Shown: positions 36,126 through 50,392, counted from the first letter of the stretch. The stretch: DNA of 64,000 nt from Octopus vulgaris (GCA_951406725.2 OX597821.1:109740001-109804000), one strand, 5' to 3'. The notes: a model not told the origin generated them from the sequence alone. Program-made: numbers and translations.

Positions 36126-36314
36126 ATGCATATATATGTATATATATATGTATATATATATATACATACGCGAATATATTTACGTATGTACGTACGTATG
36201 TGTTTATATGCATATAGATTTATAAATAGATAGATAGATACATACATACATATATACATACATACACACATACATACATACATACATACATACATACATA
36301 CATAGTTAGATAGG

Positions 36315-36367
<53 letters not shown>

Positions 36368-36386
36368 GGATGGATAGATAGATAGC

Positions 36387-36479
<93 letters not shown>

Positions 36480-36754
36480 TAAGAGTATAGATACACACAC
36501 ATATGCATAAATGTGGAACTCCACGTGAAGGCATGCGCATGCAATAAGCATGTTGGTGTGATATAGTGTAAGTCCATATATACATACACAGATATATATA
36601 CATACATACACACATATACATACGTAGGCATATATAAATATATATATATATATAAAATAAAATACAAAATGGGACAAGAACGCAAAACATCCGGACAACT
36701 AAGTGATACAAAAAGGGACAACAAAACATCCAGATAGACGATACAAAAAATCAA

Positions 36755-36840
36755 AGAAGTCTTTTATCTTCAGTCAAAAACTGGATCATCCTCGCAATTT
36801 CGGCTTCTTATTCTTGAGATTGCTCCAATCTGGCCAGCCC
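36755..36840 (-). ncRNA. Rearranged hammerhead ribozyme, copy 5 (AUC triplet, intact core)
   Basis: Minus strand reads GGCU..GCAAUC^UCAAGAA uaaga AGCC GAA AUUGC..UUUUUGA CUGAAGA. Stem III has 5 bp and stem I has 7 bp. Confidence 0.75.
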
Positions 36841-36861
36841 CAGCAAAAAATATCACAAATA

Positions 36862-36899
36862 CTGTTACTCAGAGTTTCACGTTCCCTTTCGTCGGACAG
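36862..36899 (-). ncRNA. Minimal type I hammerhead-like motif, CCGACGA core
   Basis: CUGU CCGACGA AAG GGAA CGU GAAA CUCUGAG UA ACAG. Confidence 0.55.
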
Positions 36900-37030
36900 C
36901 TTTGTTTAGAATGGAGGAAGATAAAGTTATATGCAAAAATACAATCACTTTGATAGATGCACATTTGAAAATGGTTTTGTTTCATTCGTCCTTTCACCTA
37001 ACGTTCTTTTCAATAACCGGTTTATTATAT

Positions 37031-37247
37031 ACTCTTTTACTCTTTACTTGTTTCAGTCATATGATTGTGGCCATGCTGGAACACCGTCTTTAGTCGAGCA
37101 AATCGATCCCAGGACTTATTCTTTGTAAGCCTACTACTTATTCTATCGGTCTCTGTTGCCGAACCGCAAAATTACGGGGACGTAAACACACCAGCATCGG
37201 TTGTCAAGCTATGTTGGGGGGACAAACACAGACACAGACACAGAAAT

Positions 37248-37313
<66 letters not shown>

Positions 37314-37404
37314 GTGTGTGTGTGTGTGTATGTATGTATTTCTGTGTCTGTGTTTGTCCCCCCAACATAGCTTGACAACCGATGCTGGTGTGTTTACGTC
37401 CCCG

Positions 37405-37445
<41 letters not shown>

Positions 37446-37610
37446 TACGACGGGCTTCTTTCAGCTTCCGTCTACCAAATCCATTCACAAGTCTTTGGTC
37501 GGCCCGAGACTATAGTAGAAGACACTTGCCCAAGGTGCCACGCAGTGGGACTGAACCCGGAACCATGTGGATGGTAAGCAAGCTATTTACCACACAGCCA
37601 CTCCTGCGCC
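37031..37610 (-). mobile_element. SINE family A with an internal inverted duplication
   Basis: Full copy; 37171-37252 is repeated inverted at ~37330-37407. Confidence 0.9.
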
Positions 37611-38509
37611 TATCTCTCTCTCTTTTTATTTTATTATTTTTTTGTTGCTGATTCATAACTTGATGAAGTTATGATCGCGTTTAATGTTTCCAACTTTCAG
37701 TAATTAAAGTGAGTTTCCATAATGCATGTCAATGCTAAAGATAGATTTAAAGAATAAAAAAAAAAAGAAAGAAAAAGAATCCATTAACATTCCAGCTTCT
37801 GCCTTTCGAATAAATACAAGAATGAAACGTTACCTGGAACTGGTTTCAAAAATTAAACGTTACCTTACGTATTACCGTTTAATATCACAGGTGGCACATC
37901 ATCAGCTTAAGTTTCATGAAACTCATTAAAAATGTATTTCACGTAATCTTAAATAAAATTACTCTCAGGCTTTCTTGTTTTACAACCTCTATATATTGAC
38001 CGTGATTTAGCATATTTTCACACTTGTGACTTCATAAACTAAACATAATCTCTACAACCAATATATCAACTATGTCACTGTATCCTCTAGAATCAAAGAT
38101 TATAATTATACTAATATATAGTTAACAATTACAAGAAATTTGGAGTGTTAGTGAAATCCCTTTAAATCTAGATTTTATTCTCATACACAATCCCTTCGAA
38201 ATTCAGACAGAATTAAATAAATGTTTTTTCTAGTTTCATACATTGGGTCGTTAAAAGATAATTTCATACTCTCACCTCATAATTAGACTTAGCTTTCTAG
38301 AGCATGCGATCTTACATTATAGAAGGATAAAAGATGCTTTTTCCTAAGGTCACATTTACTGGCATCCATAAAAGCTTTACAACCGATTTCATAGAAAATA
38401 TAAAACATAGTCTTTCCGGACCAATCATCTCTCACACCACTTGTAACTCCTTATACCTCTATCTGAGATATAGTTAGAAAGAGAGGAGGGAGGAGGGAGC
38501 GCGGGAGGA

Positions 38510-38869
<360 letters not shown>

Positions 38870-39597
38870 TAAATTTCGTAAATATGTTCTAAATATTTAC
38901 TAAACCGTGGCCAGTTTTATTTATTTATAATTTATTGTTCTTTTCTTTTGTTTATTGACGTTGAAATTGTTTGTTGTTGCTGTCGTTATGGATGTGTGTG
39001 TGTGTGCGTGTGTGTGTGTGTGTGTGATCGTGTGATTTTTACTTTATGATTTGTCAAGGTGATCATTATAATCGTCACCTACACAATTAGGCAGGTAACT
39101 TTTACACAGGTGTGTCGTCAACTGTAATGTATATATATATATATATATATACGTGCGTGTGTGTGTGAGAAGGTGTGGATGTTTGTGTACATATGTGTGT
39201 GCGCGTATGTATGCATAAACATTAAATATACATATACATATATATACATATATATACATATATATATGTATATTTATATATATGTATGTATAGATAGTTA
39301 TATATATATATATATATACGCAAATACACACGCATTCATATTCAACAACGTCTGTAAAAGCATATGTGCATGACAACAAACACCACAACAAACCAATGGT
39401 TTTTTTTCCCACGTTCATGCTTCAATCATATATGTGTGTGTATGTGCATGTGTAAAGGCTTAGTTGTATGTATATATACTGTGCGTTTGTATGTGTGTGT
39501 GTGCGCGCGCGCGCGTGTGTAATTTCTGTTATTATATCCTTTACTGCTTTTATGACAAAAATTACTTGCATTCATTACACTGACACACACACACACA

Positions 39598-39669
<72 letters not shown>

Positions 39670-39909
39670 CACATACATGTTTGTGTGTGGGTGTGTAAGT
39701 TAAATTCTGGAAGATTTGAGACTCTTTCAGGAAAGACATTTCTTAATTTCAAAGAAGCAGAAATTTCAGATCACTTCCAAAGTCGGTTACTTTGACTTCA
39801 TTGCACATTTTGTTGCATTCCATGCGCTTTCTGAAGGCCCCCTTGCAAAGTCCTCCAAAGTGGAAGTACCAAGAAACCTTGTCACAAACCTTCTTAATAC
39901 TTCCAATAT

Positions 39910-40301
39910 ACTCTTCTACTCTTTTACTTGTTTCAGTCAACTGACTGTGGCCATGCTGGAGCACCGCCTTTAGTCGAGCAAATCGACCTCAATACTTATA
40001 CTTTGTAAGACTAGTATTTATTCTGTCTCGTTTGCCGAACCGCTAAACTACGGGGACACAAACCACCACCATTGGTTCTCAAGCGATGTTGGGGGTGGGG
40101 ACAAACACAAACACACAAACATATATACACACACAGTACGACGGGCTTCTTTCAGTTTCTGTCTACTAAATCCACTCACAAGGCTTTGGTCGGCACGAGG
40201 CTGTAGTAGAAGACACTTGCCCAAGGTGCCACGCAGTGGGAATGGACCCGGAACTATGTGGTTGGTTAGCAAGCAACTTACCACACAGCCACCCCTGCGC
40301 C
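39910..40301 (-). mobile_element. SINE family A, full length
   Basis: Consensus match. Confidence 0.9.
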
Positions 40302-40327
40302 TATATATATATATATATATATATATA

Positions 40328-40442
40328 CCGTGATCACCGTGACCGACCAGGCCATCAGATGTTGTTACACATCGCTGGTCACAATGCGCTTCGCATTGTT
40401 TTAGCCTTCAAATGACGCCACCCCAATGGCTAAGCGAGCAGG

Positions 40443-40479
<37 letters not shown>

Positions 40480-40665
40480 GAATTTAAGTGATGAAGCTGT
40501 ATCGGCCCTTTTGCCTTTCCCTTGAATAACATCAGTGGTGTGGAGAGGAGAGGCTGGTATACATGGGCGACTGCTGTCTTTCTATAAACAAAATTGCCCC
40601 GGACTTGCTATGGAGGGTAACTTTAGGTTCAATCCCATGGTCATTCATGACCGAAGGAGGTCTAC
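40328..40665. mobile_element. Two adjacent dispersed-repeat fragments, probably retroposon tails
   Basis: 40328-40446 matches 55013-55073 and 56128-56235; 40575-40662 matches 54917-55005. Confidence 0.7.
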
Positions 40666-40693
40666 TATATATATGTAAATATCTACATGTGAC

Positions 40694-40771
<78 letters not shown>

Positions 40772-40772
<1 letters not shown>

Positions 40773-40998
40773 TTTCTTTACTACCCACAAGGGGCTAAAC
40801 ACAGAGAGGACAAACAAGGACTGACAAACGGATTAAGTCGATTATATCAACCCCAGTGCGTAACTGGTACTTAATTTATCGACCCCGAAAGGATGAAAGG
40901 CAAAGTCGACCTCGGCGCAATTTGAACTCAGAACGTAACGACAGACGAAATACCAATAAGCATTTCGCCCGGCGTGCTAACGTTTCTGCCAGCTCGCC
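40772..40998 (-). mobile_element. SINE family B, full length
   Basis: Same as 32180-32410. Confidence 0.9.
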
Positions 40999-41534
40999 TA
41001 ACGCTTGACAACCGGTGATTGTATGATTAACTCCCAGCAACTTATTCTATTGTCCAAAGAGTCTTGCGGAATAAATATCATGCGTAGAAAAACATATAAG
41101 AACTGGAATCGATTCCTTCAACAATAACCTTAAATGTCGGTGCCCCAGCATGGCTGCAGTCTAATGACTGAAGCATACACACGGTGTATGATAAATATAA
41201 ACACATACACACATGTATGCATTCGCACACAGGCAAGTATATGTCCCTGATACAAAATATCAGTATTCATAAAGGGCAACCATTATGGATAAAAACATGC
41301 AAGAAGAAAGCCACATATTGCTCTATAATTCCTCTATATCTTTGTACATCAGCTTGACAATGGCCTCTTCATGTACGGATTATCAGCCAGAGATTTACAA
41401 AACTAATCATACATAATACCCTGTGATTTTGTGTGTGTGTCTGTGTTTTAGCTTCACTGACGTATATAATTAATTCGAATTACATCCAGTTATTTCAATA
41501 AAAAAAATAACACATTATATAATGTGTCATATAT

Positions 41535-41939
41535 GGCGCAGGAGTGGCTGTGTTGTAAGTAGCTTGCTAACCAACCACATGGTTCCGGGTTCAGTCCCAC
41601 TGCGTGGCATCTTGGGCAAGTGTCTTCTGCTATAGCCCCGGGCCGACCAATGCCTTGTGAGTGGATTTGGTAGACGGAAACTGAAAGAAGCCTGTCGTAT
41701 ATATGTATATATATATATATAAGTGTGTGTGTATGTGTGTGTTTGTGTTTGTCCCCCTAGCATTGCTTGACCACCGATGCTGGTGTGTTTACGTCCCCGT
41801 TACTTAGCGGTTCAGCAAAAGAGACCGATAGAATAAGTACTGATAGAATAAGTCCTGGGGGTCGATTTGCTTGACTAAAGGTGGTGCTCCAGCATGGCCA
41901 CAGTCAAATGACTGAAACAAGTAAAAGAGTAAAAAGAGT
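41535..41939 (+). mobile_element. SINE family A, young subfamily
   Basis: Consensus match. Confidence 0.93.
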
Positions 41940-42115
41940 ATATAATGTGAAAAACTGGGATGGGAATATCAGGTCAGGAAAATCAAAGCTTGATCAGAGC
42001 TTTGTGTTATCTTTCCGTTTTGCAGGGCTAAACGATGATATGTAAGAGTAGTATGTAAGAGTATACGTAAGTATGTGTATGTGTTTATCTGTCACACATC
42101 TGTCATAAACAACTG

Positions 42116-42176
<61 letters not shown>

Positions 42177-42303
42177 ATGCAAATATTTACATGCATATAT
42201 CCACAGGAGTGGCTGTGTGGTAACATGGTTGGTTCCGAACCACATGTTTCCAGGTTCAGTTTCGCTGCGTGTGTATAAGTCTTATCTTTTTCCTTGTTGC
42301 AGT

Positions 42304-42336
<33 letters not shown>

Positions 42337-42368
42337 CTTTTTAAAGCAGCAGAAAATTCAACCAAAAC

Positions 42369-42406
42369 CTGTTACTCTGTGTTTCCCGTTGCCGTTCATC
42401 GGACAG
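42369..42406 (-). ncRNA. Minimal type I hammerhead-like motif, CCGAUGA core
   Basis: CUGU CCGAUGA ACG GCAA CGG GAAA CACAGAG UA ACAG; stems II and III carry mismatches. Confidence 0.5.
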
Positions 42407-43332
42407 TTTTTGCTAGAATGGAACCGATATCGGTTCTATTCTATCAAGACTATTATAAACGCTACACCTTTAAAAATGGACTTGTTTGATTGGCCCTTTA
42501 GAAATAACGGTCAATTTTCGAGCGATAAACAAAAATGAGCTCAAAAATATATATATACATATATATATATAAAAATTATAAAAATTTTAAAATTCGAGGA
42601 AAAACCTTACATTGAATAAAATACATATTGACCTTAATGAAAGAAATATAATTAATACATGGAAATTGAAATTAAAATGTTAAAATGCATTAAAATATAC
42701 ATATATATCAACATACACAGATAGATGCGTGCAAATCACATACATATACAGACGTATAAATATAAAGCTAAAATATACACACAAATGCATGTATACGTAT
42801 GTATACGCAATCTAGTTCGCACGCAAGCTAAAATCATGGATGGGAAAGTAGCGTTCTATATATACATATATATATAAGAACACACATACGAACAAACACA
42901 CTCACACACACAGGGTGTGATGGGGTAAATGTCGCCATTTTATACTTCTGTTTTTCTCGCATGCGCATTGTTTGCTTTTGATTTTGTCGACTACACAGTA
43001 TAATAGGTTCACTTGGGCACCGTCTGTGAGAAAAACACCACCATGACGCATTTCACTCTGCCAGAAATTTTTCAATTTTCAATTCAATTCAATTTTTATT
43101 GGCTCAAAAAGCAAAAGCAAGGGATCTTTTCTAAAAGATGGACAGAATTTTCTACTTAACTAAATAATTTGAAACTTCGTATACTGGTAGAATGTTACAA
43201 AAGAAAACATTAATTTCAATTAGTTTTTTTGAGAAAAATGTATTTGTAACTTTTACGTAGTTTAATTCTTCGAATTTTAACCAATCGTATTCTCTGTTTT
43301 GAGCTCAATTCAATCTGTCGTGTTATTCGTTC

Positions 43333-43730
43333 TTATCACTGTCTTCTGTCTTCTGTCTTTAAAGGTTCTCGCATGTTTATTTCAATGTCATCCCTGACTT
43401 ACGGAACGATTACCTGTGTGTGTGTGTTTTTGTTGTGTATGTGTGTGCGTGTGTGTGTGTGTGTGTTATTGTTTTGTATGTGTGCGTGTGTTGTGTATCT
43501 CTTAAATCGATGAATTTCGTCGCCCAATAAAAATATTAACGATATAAAAGTTCAAAAAGTATCGTTAATATTTTTATTGGGCGACGAAATTCATCGATTT
43601 AAGAGATACACAACACACGCACACATACACAACAAAAAGACACACACACACACGCACACATACACAACAATAACACACACACATACACACACGAGAAGCC
43701 TTTGAAGACAGAAGACAGAAGACAGTGATG
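43333..43730. repeat. Large fold-back palindrome with ~70-bp perfect inner arms and a 15-nt spacer
   Basis: 43475-43544 is the reverse complement of 43560-43629; outer arms are TCACTGTCTTCTGTCTTCTGTC and GACAGAAGACAGAAGACAGTGA. Confidence 0.92.
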
Positions 43731-43759
43731 AATACAGACATACATACAAAGACATACAT

Positions 43760-43806
<47 letters not shown>

Positions 43807-43905
43807 TATATATATAGTCAATTCAAATAAATGGATAAAATTAATGGACAACAAAGGGGTGTGCACAAGTAATGTATTAGCTTGACGCTCGGTAAAAAGA
43901 GGGAG

Positions 43906-43938
43906 TTTGACGTTTCGAGCATAGCTCTTCGTCGGAAA
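43906..43938 (-). ncRNA. Minimal type I hammerhead-like motif, CCGACGA core, GUC triplet
   Basis: UUU CCGACGA A GAGC uau GCUC GAAACGUC AAA; the palindromic ACGU stem III suits a dimeric fold. Confidence 0.55.
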
Positions 43939-44014
43939 GGGAAAGGGAAAAGTCCAAAGAAGGGAAAAAAATACCAACGGCAGTGTGGTTACATTACTGA
44001 TTATACATACATAC

Positions 44015-44705
<691 letters not shown>

Positions 44706-44713
44706 TATATATG

Positions 44714-44755
<42 letters not shown>

Positions 44756-45515
44756 GGAGTGTGTGTGTGTCTGTATGGGAGTGTGTGTGTGTGTAGGTGT
44801 GTGCATAGACATATAGCATATCCATTTATATCTATACACACACAGGTAATTAATTTGTGTGAGTGTAAATGTGTGTACGGATGTATGTGCGTAACTTAAA
44901 ACGCTTTTCACCTGGAAAAGAGGTTGTTCTAAGGTAAATTTTCCGCATATACACGCATCCACCAAAATATACATATATATACACATATACAAATACACGT
45001 ATACTTCTCCATAAGTATGCATGAATGCATGCATGTATGTACGTGTGAACGTACCAATGCGTGTCTCTATGTATGTATGTATGTATGTATGTATGTATGT
45101 ATGTATGTATGTATGTATGTATGTATGTATGTATGTATGTATATGTATGTATGTATGCACATAAATTCATACACACGTCGCCGACACATGTATGTATAAA
45201 CAAATAAATAAGACGTCCTCTCCCACCCAAAGCAACCATATACACTCGCTGGACAGCAGTCAGTCAGGTGTAGCCGTTTACTGGCGTCAGACTGTCGCCA
45301 GTCGGATTAAGACTCGGTGTTCTCCTCTTGCCAAAATAAAAACAGCAAAGTCCTTTTAGCGCACAGGTGTGGGCTTCTCTCATCGTAATCGCGTATGCCG
45401 CTCACAGGTGTTTGATATATTAAGTGAATCCTCTGTCCGTCTCTTTCCCTCGCTTGCTCGCTCTCTCTCCCCTTCTCTCCTTTTCTCTCTCTTTCTCTCT
45501 CTCTCTATCTATCTG

Positions 45516-45626
<111 letters not shown>

Positions 45627-45813
45627 CACCATTTATACAGACACCTCTTTTTGTTCGTGCTCTCTCTTTCACTCTGTCTTTCTATCCACTTTCTCTCTCA
45701 GCCAACCACTTTTTCCCTTTCTCCCGACTTTATCTAAACTCTCTCTTTCTCTCTTTCTCTTTCACTCACTATCTTTTTCTGTCTATCTAGTAATCTATTT
45801 ATCTATTTCTTTA

Positions 45814-45882
<69 letters not shown>

Positions 45883-45923
45883 GTCTATGTATCAATCTAT
45901 CTACCTACCAATCTATCGATCAA

Positions 45924-45961
<38 letters not shown>

Positions 45962-45975
45962 AATATATATATATT

Positions 45976-46410
45976 ACTCTTTTACTCTTTTACTTGTTTC
46001 AGTCATTTGACTGCAGCCATGCTGGATCACCGCCTTTAATCGAGCAACTCGACCCCGGGACTTATTCTTTTGTAAGCCCAGTACTTATTCTATCGGTCTC
46101 TTTTGCCGAACCGCTAAGTAACGGGAACATAAACACACTAGCATCGGTTGTCAAGCAATGCTAGGGGGACAAACACAGATACACAAACACATACACACAC
46201 ATACACATATATATATACATATATACGACAGGCTTCTTTCAGTTTCCGTCTACCAAATCCACTCACAAGGCATTGGTCGGCCCGGGGCTATAGCAGAAGA
46301 CACTTGCGCAAGATGCCACGCAGTGCGGACTGAACCCGGAACCATGTGGTTGGGAAACAAGCTACTTACCACACAGCCACTCCTGCGCCGATATATATAT
46401 ATATATATAA

Positions 46411-46479
<69 letters not shown>

Positions 46480-46943
46480 GTCTATCAATCTATCTTTCTG
46501 TTAAATGTTCATCATAATATATATATATATATATAATAGGGGCAGGAGTGGCCGTGTGGTAAGTAGCTTGCTAACCAACCACATGGTTCCGGGTTCAGTC
46601 CCACTGCGTGGCATCTTGGGCAAGTGTCCTCTGCTATAGCCCCGGGCCGACCAATGCCTTGTGAGTGGATTTGGTAGACGGAAACTGAAAGAAGCCCGTC
46701 GTATATATGTATATATATAAGTGTGTGTGTGTCTGTGTCTGTCCCCCTAGCATTGCTTGACAACCGATGCTGGTTTGTTTACGTCCCCGTAACCTAGCGG
46801 TTCGGCAAAAGAGACCGATAGAATAAGTACTGGGCTTACAAAGAATAAGTGCTGGGGTCGATTTGCTCGACTAAAGGCGGTGCTCCAGCATGGCTGCAGT
46901 CAAATGACTGAAGCCAGTAAAAGAGTAAAAGAGTAAAGAGAGT
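45976..46943. mobile_element. Two young SINE A copies, head-to-head
   Basis: Minus copy at 45976-46389 and plus copy at 46539-46943, with a ~150-bp spacer. Confidence 0.93.
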
Positions 46944-47052
46944 ATATATACTCAACGCTACGAACACACACACACGTACTTGCACACACTCACGCGCGCA
47001 CACAAACACTTATATTTCTGTCTGTCTATTTATATATCTATCTACCTCTCCC

Positions 47053-47131
<79 letters not shown>

Positions 47132-47300
47132 CTCTATCTATCTATCTATCTGTCTATCTATCAATCTATCTTTCTGTTAAATGCTCATCATAATTTTAAT
47201 AATTGTGGTTTCGTTCTGATTATATTTTTATCCATTTCTCCCCGTATTTGGTATCGTCACTGTATATGCAAACGTGCAAGGATTGAAATGTTTACGATAG

Positions 47301-47333
<33 letters not shown>

Positions 47334-47423
47334 TATTACTGTGTGTGTGCATGTGTATGTGTGTGCGTGCGCGTATGTAAGTGCGTGTGTGTGTGCGTGT
47401 GTGTGAATGCTTGGGTGTTTGAG

Positions 47424-47456
<33 letters not shown>

Positions 47457-47457
47457 A

Positions 47458-48120
47458 TGTTTCAGTTATTTGACTGCGGCCATGCTGGGGCATCTCTTTG
47501 GAGAATTTTTAGTCGAACGAATCGAGACCAGTACTTGATTTTTTAAGTCTCGTAATTCTATCGATCTACTTTGCCGAACCACTACGTTACGAGGACGTAA
47601 ACATAATAAAACCTGTTATCAAGTGGTATTAGGGGACAAACACATTCACACACACGCACACACACACACACACACAAACACATACACAACCTTAGACTAT
47701 GTGGTAAGAAGCTTGCTTCACAACCACTTGATTCCTGGTTCAGTCCCAATGCGCGGTAGCTTGAGCAAGTGTCTTCTACTATAGCCTCGGACCGACCAAA
47801 GCCTTGTCAGTGGATTTTGTAGACGGGAACTGAAAGAAGCCCATCGTGTATATATATTTGTATACATATATATTATATATATATATATATGTATATGTCT
47901 ATATGTGTATGTGTTTGTGCGTGTGCGTGTGTGTGCGCGCGTGCGCGTGTATTTAAATGTTTTTTTCCCAACTACCACTTGATAACAGGTGTTAGTATGT
48001 TTACGTCCTCGTAACGTAGTGGCTAGGTGAAAGAGATCGATAGAAGTACGAGGCTCAAAATATTAAGTACTGGTCTAGATTCGTTCGACTAAAGTTTCTC
48101 CAAATGACTGAACCAAGTAA
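47458..48120. mobile_element. Old SINE A (47695-48120, plus) with an inverted duplicate of its own 3' half (47458-47690, minus)
   Basis: The private variants TATGTTTACGTCCTCGTAACGTAGTG and ACCACTTGATAACAGGT are shared by both arms. Confidence 0.8.
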
Positions 48121-48137
48121 TATATACATATAATATA

Positions 48138-48300
48138 GGCGCAGGAGTGGCTGTGTGGTAAGTAGCTTGCTAACCAACCTCATGGTTCCGGGTTCAGTCC
48201 CACTGCGTGGCATCTTGGGCAAGTGTCTTCTGCTATAGCCCCGGGCCGACCATTGCCTTGTGAGTGTATTTGGTAGACGGAAACTGAAAGAAGCCTGTCG

Positions 48301-48335
<35 letters not shown>

Positions 48336-48545
48336 TTGTGTGTCTGTGTTTGTCCCCCTAGCATAGCTTGACAACCGATGCTGGTGTGTTTACGTCCCCG
48401 TCACTTAGCGGTTCGGCAAAAAGAGACCGATAGAATAAGTACTGGGCTTACAAAGATAAGTCCCGGGGTCAATTTGCTCGACTAAAGGCGGTGCTCCAGC
48501 ATGGCCGCAGTCAAATGACTGAAACAAGTAAAAGAGAAAGAGAAT
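48138..48545 (+). mobile_element. SINE family A, young subfamily
   Basis: Consensus match. Confidence 0.93.
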
Positions 48546-48642
48546 ATATATATATATAATTTTTTATTTTATTTTTATTTTATCTAGTTTCAGCTCACGA
48601 GCTGTGGCCATGCTGGGGCACCGCCATTGGTATATATATATA

Positions 48643-48696
<54 letters not shown>

Positions 48697-49812
48697 CACA
48701 AATACACAAACATTCATACACATGAGCGTTCTACCTAATCCTCGACTTTTATTACCCAAAAGGGTCTTTCAAACAAATGTTTACAAGTTATTAGTTATAG
48801 CTTTACCTGCTTCGAGATCCAGCCTTACAAAAGGAAATTACTTCACGTTCTCATGAATCTTTAAAAAAATTTTTTCATGACGTCAGCAACAGCAACAACA
48901 ACAACAACATTAGCAACTGCAGTAATACCAACAATAATGCAGGTCGTGTCCCCTTCACTTACCTGCTTACCTACCTACCCTCCCACCCACCTACCTACCT
49001 ATCTACCTACCTACATACCTACCCAATTATCTATATGCTACCAACCATTACCGTCGCCAAAGCTCGGATTACAAATGATAACTTGGCTGGCTAAATTATG
49101 TGGCAATATGGCGGCTAAATTATTCTTCTGTAGGCTTGACCGTAAGATATTTGATATTTGCATGTACACGGACATATAAGAGGAGAATGCATACGGACGC
49201 AGGTGCGGGGGGAGACAAGAGTGGGCGAGAGAACGGTTGAGATGGACAGAGAGATTTGCATAGGAAATTATGCATTTGAATATTGGCTATTAAATATATA
49301 TTACTGGATTTCAGATATGCACAATTAGCAACACATCGTTGTACTATATATGAATGTATGTATATACGTTCGTACGTATGCGTGTATGTATATATACATG
49401 TATGTAGAAATGTATACACACACACACGCACACACATTTATATATATATTTATTATGTAGATAGGGTTAAAATCGAAGCTGTGTCCTCTTAAGGCACATC
49501 TGCTTATTTCAGCATTCCAAATCCGTTGGTAGATGTTATATTTGCGTGAGATATGCATACGGATTGAAAATACTGGAAAACATGTTCTGTGGAGTAATTG
49601 TATCAAAACTAGAGATGGGGAAATTTTTCGGTATTATTTTAGCAAGTGAAACATGAGTAATGTGGAATACCTCCAAAATTTTTCGAACCTCCTGCTTCGA
49701 TATATATGAATTATAAATTACAAGAGTAAACAAGAGAGACAGAGACAAGCAGAAACAAGGAAAATGTCACTTGTATTTGAATACTATGAAAATATTCTTT
49801 TAAAATACTTTT

Positions 49813-50225
49813 CAGGAGTGGCTGTGTGGTAAGTAGCTTGCTAACCAACCACATGGTTGTGGGTTCAATCCCACTGCGTGGCATCTTGGGCAAATGTCTT
49901 CTGCTATAGCCCCGGGCCGACCAATGCCTTGTGAGTGGATTTGGTAGACGGAAACTGAAAGAAGCCCGTCGTATATATGTATATACATATATATATGTAT
50001 GTGTGTGTGTCTGTGTCTGTCCCCCTAGCATTGCTTGACAACCGATGCTGGTGTGCGTTTACGTCCCCGTCACTTAGCGGTTCGGCAAAAGAGACCGATA
50101 GAATAAGTACTGGGCTTACAAAGAATAAGTCCCGGGGTCGATTTGCTCGACTAAATGCGGTGCTCCAGCATGGCCGCAGTCAAATGACTGAAACAAGTAA
50201 AAGAGTAAAAGAGTAAAAGAGAGAG
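49813..50225 (+). mobile_element. SINE family A, young subfamily
   Basis: Consensus match. Confidence 0.93.
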
Positions 50226-50247
50226 ATTTAATTTTTTTCCATACTTA

Positions 50248-50283
50248 CAGTTGAAAAAGTCTCAATGACCGAAACCGGTACTG
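50248..50283 (+). ncRNA. Minimal type I hammerhead-like motif with U3-A8 in place of C3-G8
   Basis: CAG UUGAAAA AGUC ucaau GACC GAAACCGGUA CUG; stem I is CAG/CUG and stem III is the palindrome ACCGGU. Confidence 0.55.
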
Positions 50284-50331
50284 AAATGTTTTTTATAAAA
50301 TTACTTTAGCATTTTCTAACGTGACTTTTTT

Positions 50332-50392
<61 letters not shown>

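Noticed and set aside
37990-38450. Possible degraded transposase coding sequence on the minus strand
   Set aside because: No diagnostic motif recognised and many stops.
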